Part shown: piece after piece, positions 1-10,035 of the stretch
Layout: each line of letters starts with the position of its first letter
How positions within the stretch are numbered: the stretch's first letter is position 1
Virus record (IMG/VR): IMGVR_UViG_3300033120_000868
Coordinates: 1 to 64,000 of that record
Length of the DNA stretch: 64,000 nt
Strand: one strand, 5' to 3'
From: a virus
Lineage: Duplodnaviria; Caudoviricetes
Notes under the pieces: generated by a model
What the model was told of the DNA's origin: nothing
Databases searched by the model: none
What the model saw: the letters and a program-made list of their open reading frames with translations, nothing else
Translations under genes and position numbers: made by a program

Positions 1-139
1 TTATAACATCGGTTTTGCTCTATTTCGGTTTAGTGCTTAACCAATGTTCGGTTTGTATTTGTTAATTTTGTTTTTAAATCTAATTTTTTGGCTTACTTTT
101 CCGCAACAAAGCAAAGCCGAGAACCGTTATGTGTAATGC
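1..139 (+). mobile_element. attC-like hairpin recombination site 1 (left end truncated by window)
   Basis: TATAAC-A-TCGGTTTTGCT ... AGCAAAGCCGA-GAACC-GTTATGT imperfect inverted repeat; GTT core at 126-128. Confidence 0.75.
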
Positions 140-141
140 TA

Positions 142-396
142 TTAACCTTTGCTTTTAGAATTATTACGTGTTAAATTAGACAAGTAATAAGCACAAGTAA
201 CAACTGTTAGCCATAATGCAAAGTTCCACATATCATAAGATATTTTATCAAAAAATATTTCAATTGGATTTATAGCTTTTAAATGCCATCCTTCATATAT
301 TAGAAAGAATATTGTTTCTAATAACCAAACAAAAGTTCCTCCAATCCAAAAAATTTTTGCTAATTTCCAAATAGTTTTCAGTTCTTTATTTTTCAT
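142..396 (-). CDS. cassette-borne small membrane protein (2 TM)
   Basis: ORF between sites 1 and 2 with two hydrophobic helices; start taken at ATG 396. Confidence 0.7.
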   Translation of the reverse strand: MKNKELKTIWKLAKIFWIGGTFVWLLETIFFLIYEGWHLKAINPIEIFFDKISYDMWNFALWLTVVTCAYYLSNLTRNNSKSKG

Positions 397-412
397 TTTA
401 TAATTATTTAAA

Positions 413-556
413 GCACTACACATAACAGCATATTACCGCTATGGCTTTGCTTTGTTTTATCCGAAATGTGTCGGCTCACTTAATTTTTGTTTTTTTTTGT
501 TATCTTTTTGCTTTAATACGCCACATCGTTAATATGCGAAACGTTAGCGGTAATGC
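413..556 (+). mobile_element. attC-like hairpin recombination site 2
   Basis: GCACTACACATAAC-A-GCATATTACCGCTATGGC ... GCCACATCGTTAATATGC-GAAAC-GTTAGCGGTAATGC. Confidence 0.8.
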
Positions 557-750
557 TTTGATAAATACTTTTCGACAATATCTATCATTTGTAATTCGTC
601 ATTGTATATATCGTAAAATCCATCAACATCTTCTAAATGTGGTCTGCTGGTTAATTTTTTAACTATTTCTTTAGCGTGGTAATTAGCACTAACCATAACA
701 CCAGTTTTGCAAGATTGCTTGTTTTGTGATTTTTTGGAAACTTTAGTCAT
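544..750 (-). CDS. cassette-associated hypothetical protein
   Basis: 68-aa ORF that starts inside the loop of site 3 and stops at the G|TTA core of site 2. Confidence 0.6.
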   Translation of the reverse strand: MTKVSKKSQNKQSCKTGVMVSANYHAKEIVKKLTSRPHLEDVDGFYDIYNDELQMIDIVEKYLSKHYR

Positions 751-833
751 AATTTTAAGTGTATTTTGTATTTGTTAATTTTAGGTTTTTAGTTCGCAAC
801 CTCGCAAAGCCAAAAATCGTTATAGCAAATGCT
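686..833 (+). mobile_element. attC-like hairpin recombination site 3
   Basis: GCACTAACCATAAC-ACCAGTTTTGCAAGATTGC ... GCAACCTCGCAAAGCC-AAAAATC-GTTATAGCAAATGCT. Confidence 0.8.
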
Positions 834-1020
834 AGAAATCAATATCCGTTACAATAAATGTTTCATTACAATCTTCGCAAGTAATTTCTATATCAATTCC
901 AATTGCTCTGTGGTCTTCTTCCATGTGGTCTTTAACTTCATCAAAAATGTCTAACCCATATCCGCAATTAGGACATGTACATAATACCTCAATGAATGTT
1001 GATGCTTTTACTTCTTTCAT
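832..1020 (-). CDS. cassette-borne zinc-ribbon protein
   Basis: CPNC ... CEDC motif; start at ATG 1020. Confidence 0.7.
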   Translation of the reverse strand: MKEVKASTFIEVLCTCPNCGYGLDIFDEVKDHMEEDHRAIGIDIEITCEDCNETFIVTDIDF

Positions 1021-1033
1021 TTTGTTTAATTTT

Positions 1034-1210
1034 TTAAGCACTTGCTATAACACCAGTTTGTTGCAATTGCAAGTTTTGGTTATTTTCAGCAATCTTTAGT
1101 GCTTTAATTGTATCGGCAACTAATTTTTTACCTGTTGTGGTAAGTGAATCGGTAAGTTTCCAATCAAATTTGTCGTGTAATATCTTAAGAACTTCTTCGT
1201 AATGTTTCAT
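1034..1210 (-). CDS. hypothetical protein (58 aa, not in ORF track)
   Basis: MKHYEEVLKILHDKFDW...QTGVIASA; C-terminus is encoded by the half site. Confidence 0.65.
   Translation of the reverse strand: MKHYEEVLKILHDKFDWKLTDSLTTTGKKLVADTIKALKIAENNQNLQLQQTGVIASA
1037..1075 (+). mobile_element. attC-like half site (left arm only)
   Basis: AGCACTTGCTATAAC-ACCAGTTTG resembles the left arm of site 3; no matching right arm seen. Confidence 0.6.
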
Positions 1211-1467
1211 AATTTTTGTTATTTTTAGTTAATAATATTTGTTTTTTTAATTTAAACATAGTTTATATATTTTATTTTTAAGAGTTTTTACCTTTCTCAT
1301 CAGGATTGCAAATTATAAAAATAAGTAGTAAGATAATTGGTAGATATGTTATGAACGGCATAATAAATATAGTTGGTTATCTGTTAGTGTTGAGAGTTCT
1401 TCTAATGAATATGTTTTTAATAGTTTTTCTATTAATTCTTTTCTGTTGAATTGTGGGTGTCCCATAA

Positions 1468-1716
1468 TTATTTCTTTTTTCTCTGTTCTTTTCTTCTCTG
1501 TCTTCTTTTTTCTCGCCCTGATAAATACTCTTGAGTGTGGTCTACTTGTTCAATAGTGAAGACTTTATTTAGTGGTGGTGAAGAAGTTACTTCATCTGTT
1601 TCAAAATTTCTATACACTTGCATATCTTCTGTTGTTTGTGCTAAATAATTAGCTGTGTGTGATGCAATACCTAACTTACCTCCTATAAGTGATACTTTTG
1701 GCTTTTCTTCTTTCAT
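1468..1716 (-). CDS. hypothetical protein with basic C-terminus
   Basis: 82-aa ORF on the coding strand. Confidence 0.6.
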   Translation of the reverse strand: MKEEKPKVSLIGGKLGIASHTANYLAQTTEDMQVYRNFETDEVTSSPPLNKVFTIEQVDHTQEYLSGREKRRQRRKEQRKKK

Positions 1717-1734
1717 TGTTTTTCAGCGAAAAAG

Positions 1735-2157
1735 TTAAAAAGACAGCTTTTTTATAGCTTCTTCTATTGTAATTGGTTCTCTATTAAATTTTATATTCTT
1801 CATACCACGTAATCTTTCACTAATTCTTTCAATTAAAATTGGTTTAGCTTCTGTATCGTCCCAATCGTTGTATAATTCGGGCGGTAAAGACTGAAAACAA
1901 GAGGAATAATCTTCAACGTTATAACCACGTCTTAACAATTCTTGATACAAAGCATCACTTCTTTTATGTAGATATTTCAGACGTGGGTAATACCATTTTA
2001 CGTGCCCTTGTCCGAGCGAATATGTTTTTGGTATATCTTTTACAACCGCACGCCCTGACTTAATTGTATTTGGTATGCGAACAAGTTCTCTATATTCTGA
2101 GAACAAATGTGTGTCACAAAGATTACCTACTTTTACCCCTGAATTAATACGTGTCAT
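1735..2157 (-). CDS. denV: pyrimidine-dimer DNA glycosylase / endonuclease V
   Basis: MTRIN...L.D.HL..EYREL.RI and LG.GHV..Y motifs of the T4 endonuclease V family. Confidence 0.92.
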   Translation of the reverse strand: MTRINSGVKVGNLCDTHLFSEYRELVRIPNTIKSGRAVVKDIPKTYSLGQGHVKWYYPRLKYLHKRSDALYQELLRRGYNVEDYSSCFQSLPPELYNDWDDTEAKPILIERISERLRGMKNIKFNREPITIEEAIKKLSF

Positions 2158-2177
2158 AATTTTTAAGTTTTGTTTTG

Positions 2178-2209
2178 CAAATATAGTGATTATTTTTTAA
2201 GTGGACAAA
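2178..2209 (-). promoter_or_regulatory. Bacteroidota sigma-type promoter; representative of ~20 minus-strand copies (near 4508, 6135, 8400, 11583, 13173, 13286, 15017, 19152, 23347, 25081, 26328, 29758, 32232, 33072, 34778, 34904)
   Basis: minus strand TTTG-N20-TATATTTG, matching the -33/-7 consensus TTTG/TAnnTTTG. Confidence 0.8.
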
Positions 2210-3921
2210 TATAATTTGTCTTTTTTACAAAATTATTTTTTGTTTTTATTCTTTTTCGGCGAAATTAGTACAATCCACTCTCTTGTTCAAAGATACATTC
2301 TGCAATTATCCACTCAAAATCTGCTCCATAAATCTGCTTTACTTCATCTATACCGCTATAATAAGCCTGAACATATTTTTCTACCTCATCTGAACTATAA
2401 TCATCTAAATCTATAGTAATTTGAATAAACTCATTTTTACCATAATCTAATAAACCTCTATTCTTTTCTTTAAACTCATAAACGTTTGTTGATATTTGTC
2501 TACCATATTGTTTATTATCTAAATCTGTACATTTCCATTGTTTCATATTGTTTATTTTTTGCGGGAAAAAGATTAAGAACAGACTCTTAATTTTTCCAAT
2601 TGATTATTAACTGATTCTTTTATTTCTTTAATAGCTGATTTAGGTACTCTGAAACTGACTACTTTTGTTTCTTCTTGGTAAATTAAAGGTCTACCAACTG
2701 ATTTATTCTCTGTCATTAGATATCCTTTAAAAATTCCTCAATAAATTGTGCTGTTAACTCGTCTTGTTCTTTTGTTGTCCAATACTCTAATTCACATTTA
2801 ATTACCTTTTCAGAAGTTTTACTAACTATAAAATTATTAACTTCTTCTTTGTTTGGATTATCTGTATAAATATCAATACAAATATCTTTCCTCCAATCCT
2901 CGCTTACACTTAATCTGAATTTTACTCTGTTAGTATATCCTTCAAATTCTTCTTTTGAGTATCTGTATCCGTTGTTTATTAGTATTTTCATAATTGAGGC
3001 TGATTAAAAATTATTAATTCAATATCTTGGTTAGTGTAACATTCTTTGTTAATTTGTTTTGCTCTGTTTTCTATTTCTTGCTGTTTAGCTTTTTGCCCGA
3101 CAAAAATCCCGCCTAAAAGAGATAAAAAACAAATAGATAAAAGAACTGCTATAATAATACCTAAAATATTAATTCTTCTTTCAGCTAAACCAATGTACCT
3201 TAATACAGAAATAGGTGTTGTTAAATAATCTTCTTCTGCGTTTTGTCTATAATATTTTAAATCTTTTTTCATATCTCGTTTTCTGAATTATACATTAGTA
3301 TTAAAAAAATTACTTGTAAGGTTAAGAACATAAGAGGTAAGATTGAACCAAACTTTGCTTGAAATGAAAAATTACCTATGAACATAGTTGTTGCTACTGC
3401 TCCACAACTTGTACTTAAAACTAAAAATAATGTTTTGTATTTCATAAATTCCAAATTAAAAAGTAAATAATAACTACTGCTAAAAATGTTAGGAAATAAT
3501 ATACTCCTACTGATGCTTGTCTTTTCATAATAGATTTCTTTTTATTTTTTGTCGCCGAAAAAAGAATAAAAATGGAAATGAGATTAATTTATTTTAAAAA
3601 GTATAGTGTTATAATAATAATTAAAAACACAATTAAAAATTTAATTCTAATTGATATATCTCTTTTTGTTAAAAATTTTTCACGCTTAATTTCCTCATCT
3701 GTTGGTTTTTTAACCTCTTTTACAACTTTCTCTTTAACAAATTTCTTTTTTGATATAGGCGAATTAATAACAAATAACATAGAAATAATTGGACTAAAAA
3801 ATATAGACAGAAGAAATGAATTAACAAATCCTATTTCCTTCTTTCCTCCTTGTTTACCTACTAAGTAAGATAAACCTAAGTTAATTAATAAAATACTAAG
3901 TAATACCATAATATAAGTTTT

Positions 3922-4203
3922 TTAATTTAAAATTTCTAATTCATAACCAATTTGTTCTAATTCTAAAGCAAGGTCTTTATAGTCGTTATAAGAGGCGTTC
4001 TCTACTTTGTGAACTCCTACTTCATTTTTGTTAAGAAAGTCCTCGTGAATAGCTGTATGTTGTCCTATGTGAGCATAACCTTCATATAATACTTCCCCTC
4101 TTTCATCTGTTTGTGAGTGTTCGGGAAAAATAGCGTTAATTTCTACTATTGGATTTTCTCCGTTGAACCAATAAATCTTTTTGAATACTACTTTTGTTTT
4201 CAT
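3922..4203 (-). CDS. hypothetical phage protein
   Basis: 93-aa ORF; AIFPE...YAHIGQH...ELE.IGY.L pattern recalled from other phage early proteins. Confidence 0.6.
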   Translation of the reverse strand: MKTKVVFKKIYWFNGENPIVEINAIFPEHSQTDERGEVLYEGYAHIGQHTAIHEDFLNKNEVGVHKVENASYNDYKDLALELEQIGYELEILN

Positions 4204-6184
4204 AATTTTAAGAGTAATAAATTTCTAAATCGTTACCTAATTTTAAAGAACTTTCAATTTGTTCTAAAAGAAAATCTTTTTGTTGTTTTAAATCGTTGTA
4301 AACTTCATTAATTGAGAAAGCTACATTTTCAAATCTGAACCAAAGTTCTTTTTTAGTTTGTGTTAAGTCTTGATGATATTTTTCAAGTGTTTTTAATTCT
4401 GTTTTTACTTTTTCTGCGGAAATTTCGCCACGTAAAAAACTGAAAAACAAATGACTAACTTTTGACTGATATTGTGTTAATACTTTCATATCGTTTAATT
4501 TATTTTACAAATGTAATGTTTTTTATTTAGTTTACAAAATTATTTCTGTTAAAATTTCAAAATCGTTTGTCATATCGTATAAAGTATCATTATTATCTCT
4601 ATGAAAAGGAATAAAGTAAATCTTTTTTGATATTAACATAACTAAATCTCCATAAGTCCCAAAGAATTTTGTATATACTATTTCTGATAAATCAAAAACT
4701 TCTTGGCTATTTTTATGTTGTACTTTCATTTTAAAGATACTTTTTAAATTCTTCAATTTGCTTTTTAGTTAACTTCTGTTTCAAAGTGTGGTGTTCTTCA
4801 TACTCATCATTTTTATTATTAATTTGTTTAATGATTGAGTATTTTATTAGTTTTTTGTCGGGCAAAGAAAAACTCATCAAAGCCATTTTAAAACTATATT
4901 TCTTAATATCAAACACAACCTCAATATATTTTTCTATTGGTGTGTCGAGTTCTGTATGTTGTAAGTAGTGTTCCATAATTAAGTTATTTTAAGGTTCTTT
5001 GTTTTTTGGCACAAGAAGAATAAACAAAACTGATTAAATCAAATAAACGAACTAAAACATCATCTTGTTGTTGGTATCTCTCATCGTAAGAGAACTCAAT
5101 AATAACATCATTTCCAATTTGATAAAAACTATTTATATGTTGTTTAGTTTTTAAAACATTTCTTGCGTAAGATTCAATTAATTTTCTGTTCATAATTATT
5201 CTGTTTCTGTCATTGCATAATTTATAAAAGAAAGATAGTTTTGATAGTGTGTTTTACCATTATCATAGTATTCAAGAAAGTCTATAAAATACTCTAAAAC
5301 TTCATTACTTAAATTATATTTTTCTTGTTGCCAATTTTTAAAGTCCTCGATAATATCTTCCGTTTCGATTCCTCTGTTTTCAATAGCTTGTTCAATACGT
5401 TTTTCATCTTCTTTTGTGAAGCGGTCTTTTCTATATAAGTCTAAAATTTTCATAATTAAATATAATTAAAGTTATCAATATCATAATCTAAAGTTTCCAA
5501 AAGAAGTTCTTTATCTTCATAAAACAAAGTAACTGCTCTTAACATTGCAGGTACAACCGTTTCTGCATCTTCTTCCCACTCTGTAAAGTGCCAATAACAA
5601 ATTGGAATAATATCCCTTTCTCCGCCAAAACTGATGTAAATAGAAACACTTTCGTTGTCTTGGTCTAAGTGTAGATTATTTAAAATATATTCTCTTGATA
5701 GTTTCATAACTTGTTGTTTTAAAATGTTTTGTAAAGATAGTAAAATTTCCGCAAAGAAAAAAGAAACAGATTAAAAATTTTCTTCTTGAATTTCTTTATA
5801 TGCTTGTGCGAGTTCTAAAATATACTCTAAATTCTCTTGGTCTAATTCTTCATAAGTTAAACTATAACTATCAATTTCTACTTCATCATCATATACTTCA
5901 ACATCTACATCGTCTTGGTTAAAATATTCAATTAAATGGTGTAGATTACCTTTTTGGTTTGGCACACTTGGACTATAACTTGCTTGCACTTCTCCTGTTC
6001 CAAAACCTCCGTATTCTGAAATAATTTCTTTTATTTGTTCAATTACTTCTTTTTTAGCGGAATTATTAATTAAATTTCCGTCTGTTTCTTCGTGTGTGTA
6101 AATTGCCATAATATTGTGTTTTAAATTGTTAATCAAAGATAAGGATTCTTTTTTAATTTTCCGCAAAAAAGAATAAAAAACAGC

Positions 6185-6207
6185 TAATTTATACTAATTC
6201 TAAATAA
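6185..6207. promoter_or_regulatory. 23-bp palindromic operator (Fur-box-like); further copies at 6927, 10109, 13117, 13213, 13574
   Basis: TAATTTATACTAATTCTAAATAA fits TTATTTAGA-N5-TCTAAATAA and lies just upstream of a promoter. Confidence 0.5.
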
Positions 6208-7507
6208 GAGAGAGAGTGAAAGATTAATCTAATTTTTCTAATAGTTCTTCTACTAATTGTATAGCTCTGTTGATTCCATTGTTATAACCATTTACAAAAG
6301 TATCTCTTGGATAATCATCTTTTTGGTTCTCTAGTCTTTCAATTAGTTTTCTTAAATCTTTTTTAGTTGGCTTCATACTACTAATATTTAAGGTTTTGTT
6401 TTTCTGTTCTTTTTTGCGGAAATTATAAAGATTTTAAATACTCTAAACTTCCCTCTAATACATCGTTAAAACGTAAATTAATTTCTTCTTTTGATATTAG
6501 TACATTATTTCCGCTACTTAAAAACTCAAAAGCCCCATTTTCAAAGTCAATACGAATTACATTACTGCTTATATCATTATCTTCTAAAATCAATTCTATT
6601 CTCGTTAAACCTATTAACTTTTTAAGTTCTTTATCCACTTTTATTTCAGACTTTTTTAGAGAAGTTTTTGATAATTCTTCTTCAAAATATTTCATAACAT
6701 TTGAAGGTTCTAAACTTTTTTTATAAGGTATTGTATAAATTACTTTTTTCATAATAATATTTTTTAATTGTTAATAATTCCGCCGTAAAAAAATAAGACA
6801 GAAAAATAAAAATTGATTAACATTTAAAATAATCCTTAACGGGATTTTCGCCTTAATAATTTAAAGAGGTTAATCAATTTTTTGTAAAGATAATAAATAA
6901 TTCCAACACTACCTACAATAAGATAGTAATTTATAATTAGTCTAAATAAAGGTTAATCTAATTTCTCAAAATATTTATTAATTAACCAATAAGGTACACT
7001 TTGCTCTACATACTCGATAGGATATTCCCTCATAATATGAAAATCTCTGCAAATAATTCCTCCTGTATCTTTTGTAAACTCTTTAACTGACTGAATACAT
7101 CTATAACAAGGCTTATTTTGTTGGTACATTTGATATAAACTCATAATACTTTATTTTAATTGGTTAATTTTCGGCGAGAAAAAGAAAGACAGAAGAAAGA
7201 AAAACTAAAAAATAGAATAACCTAAAAGTTCCGTTACTTCCTTAACTATTAAATCATAATCTTCATTATCTAAATAGAACATATTACTACTATCCAAATA
7301 TTCAACTATACTACTTTGTTTACAATAATCAAAAGCCTTTTCAATATCTGAAATACTTTTAAATTTATCATTTAAACCCTCATTTTGGTAATCTAACCAA
7401 CTTGCAATTCTTCTTAATTTATCTGTGCTTGTTCTCATAGTTTTAGTTTTAGTGGCTCAAAAGCCTTGTTAATAATCTTATAAGTAATATTTTCTTATTG
7501 TGCAAAT

Positions 7508-7535
7508 AAATTCGGCGGAAAAAGAATAAAAACAG
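7508..7535 (+). repeat. representative copy of dispersed ~30-bp motif TTTT-(CG-rich 4-6)-AAAAAGAWTAARAACRG
   Basis: TTCGGCGGAAAAAGAATAAAAACAG; more than 20 similar copies seen by eye across the window. Confidence 0.75.
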
Positions 7536-8780
7536 AAAAAAAGAATTAAACCTTACTATAAATATCCCCACTATCAAACATAATATAATCATTAATAGTG
7601 ATATAACTAAAATCTCCATAAACATCTAAATAGATATGAGGTGTATGTAAACCTTTAAAGACTAATTGTAAGGCTTCTTTAATAGCTTCTTTCTTATTAC
7701 TACACATAAACTTTAATCTGTTATATTCTTTCTGTACTTCTAATATCTTTTCCATTTTTATATGTTTTTATAAGTTACATTATTTCAATTTGTTTACACT
7801 CTTTACCACTTTTTACCACTATTTTACACTATGAAAGAAGTTGGTTGGGGGTTAACCTCACTTAATTGTAAACGTTTGTTGTCGTTTAAATCCCTTTATT
7901 TACAACACTTTCAAAGAGTTCGTCCCAAAATAAATCTCCCTCCTTACTACTTTCCCACTCAAACATTTTAAGTAGAGCGTCTGTAATACTATTACATTTT
8001 AATTCTAATATATCTTCATTAGTTTGTTGTATAGCTTTTGTTTTATATGGTTCTTTTAGTGTGTTTAACCAATCTTTTATAGTTTTTTCTTTCTGTTTCA
8101 TTTCTTTTTGCGGATTTTATTCGACAACTACCTATACTAATCATCGAAAATTGAGTTTATAATAGCCTTTTAAGTCAACATTTTCACATTTATATACTTT
8201 ATACTCACCTTTTTCATAAGGTTCTTTATATGTATTGAAGTGTTTTGATAGGGTTGTTTTTAATATTCCCGTTAAATCTTCTACTTTTGATAAGTATTTA
8301 CGTGCATAAACGTTGTTTTGACTATCAAAGACAATGTAAATTACCTTTGTTTCTACTTTATTTTTCGCCATTTGGTTAGTTAGTTATCGAATTATTTGAC
8401 AAATATACAACTTTTATTTTAATCTTCCAAATAATAATCTAAAATATTTTGAACTCTGCTTGCTAACTGACTATCTGATTCCTTTGCAACTAACCAACTA
8501 TCAGCAAGGTTTTCATACTCGTCCCCGCTATAATCGATAATAATATCAATTAGTTCTTTTCTATCGTAAGGTGTTTTTAATGCTTCCTTAACTCTTGTTT
8601 CTAATTCTGAATACATAACTATTGTGGTTTATAAGGTTTAAAATCTCCTTTAAAAATTGTTGGTACTCTGTTAAATTCTTTTTCTGTGATGATGTTACCT
8701 ACTTTGTACATATCGTTTGAGAAGTAACATCTGAAATAGTTTAAATTATTTTCCATTTTTTCTTTCTGTTTTTAATTGTT

Positions 8781-8900
8781 TTACGCCGATTTTTTAGTTT
8801 CTAATTTTGTTACCTCAACGTAACGTTTTTTACAACTCCAACCACTTCTACAAGAGGTTAGAAGAACTGCTACTGCTAATAAGACTGCTAATTTTTTCAT
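8781..8900 (-). CDS. tiny lipoprotein (39 aa, not in ORF track)
   Basis: MKKLAVLLAVAVLLTSC lipobox followed by RSGWSCKKRYV...; promoter-like TATCTTTA just upstream. Confidence 0.7.
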   Translation of the reverse strand: MKKLAVLLAVAVLLTSCRSGWSCKKRYVEVTKLETKKSA

Positions 8901-9330
8901 TGTGTTATTGTTTTTAGTTATGTAAAGATAATACTTTTATTTTAAGTAGGCAAATAAAATTTGCTTTTTTACAAAATTATTTCTGTTTTTTTTGCGGAAA
9001 TTTTAAAATACTAAATCTTTTAAGTAAGCATAAGGATTTATAGACTTTTTTTGTTGTGGTAAACCTTTTTTAAACCTTTTAAAATTGTATCTTGATACCG
9101 AATTTAAAGAGGATAACGTATCTAAAGTTCCTTTTACTGAAAGTCGTCTTGCTTCGTCTGTTTGTTTTCTATGCGTTATAATAGCGTGATAAAAGAAACT
9201 TTTGCCCTCTTGCCTTGCTCGTCTTTCATTAGTAAACGCCATACCTTTTGCGTTTTTTGTTGGTCTACTTTGTATTTGTGGCTTCACTCCCCAATAAAGT
9301 ATTTTTTGTTTAGATTCTGTTTTCATAATA

Positions 9331-10035
9331 TTATGCTTTTGCGTAAATTGTTTCCCCATTACTGAAAGTACCTAAAACGTTTAAAGGCTCACTTACTTTT
9401 GTAAATACTTCTTCAATTAGATTAATTAATTCTGTTTTAGTTTTTTCCGCCCACTTGATAGCGTTTTTACTTTGAATTTTTAAAAGTCCTTGATTCATTA
9501 AAGAACAATTATTATCAAATAAATCCTCAACTGCATTTTCTACACTACAATAATTATCTATTGTTGCACTTTCCCACCCATTATAAATTTGAACCTCAAA
9601 ATCCAAACTTGCACCCTCGTAATAAGCACTTACAATTTGCCCTATAATAGATACCTCAACTTCAATATCCCCAAACATTTTAGAAGTGTTAAAACTGAAT
9701 AGGTTAGTAGCACAATAGTTTCTATCGTTATCACTTCCATTTTCTTCTTTGAAGCGAATATCTTTTCTGTTTTTAATTTCTTCTTCCGCCGTTTCTCTTA
9801 AATACTCTTTAAATTCATCGTATTCGTAAGATTCACAACTTCTGTATTCTGTTTGTTCTTCTGAAAACGTTGCACCCTCGCAACTATTTTCACATTCTGT
9901 TAAGGTTTCCAAATTGTATTCCCAATCGTAATGCTTATGCCCGCATTCGGTACATTCTTTGAAAGTTTCTTCTGTATTCATTAAAACTGCAAACACTTTA
10001 CTTGTGTTACCTCTTGCAAAATTACTTGTTCCCAT
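9331..10035 (-). CDS. hypothetical protein with Cys-rich insert
   Basis: 234-aa ORF with CTECG and CENSC; own promoter at ~10057. Confidence 0.7.
   Translation of the reverse strand: MGTSNFARGNTSKVFAVLMNTEETFKECTECGHKHYDWEYNLETLTECENSCEGATFSEEQTEYRSCESYEYDEFKEYLRETAEEEIKNRKDIRFKEENGSDNDRNYCATNLFSFNTSKMFGDIEVEVSIIGQIVSAYYEGASLDFEVQIYNGWESATIDNYCSVENAVEDLFDNNCSLMNQGLLKIQSKNAIKWAEKTKTELINLIEEVFTKVSEPLNVLGTFSNGETIYAKA

Noticed and set aside
1-1075. CRISPR array or terminator interpretation of the repeated hairpins
   Set aside because: The repeats are long, mutually diverged, separated by whole genes, and have AAC/GTT cores without U-tails.
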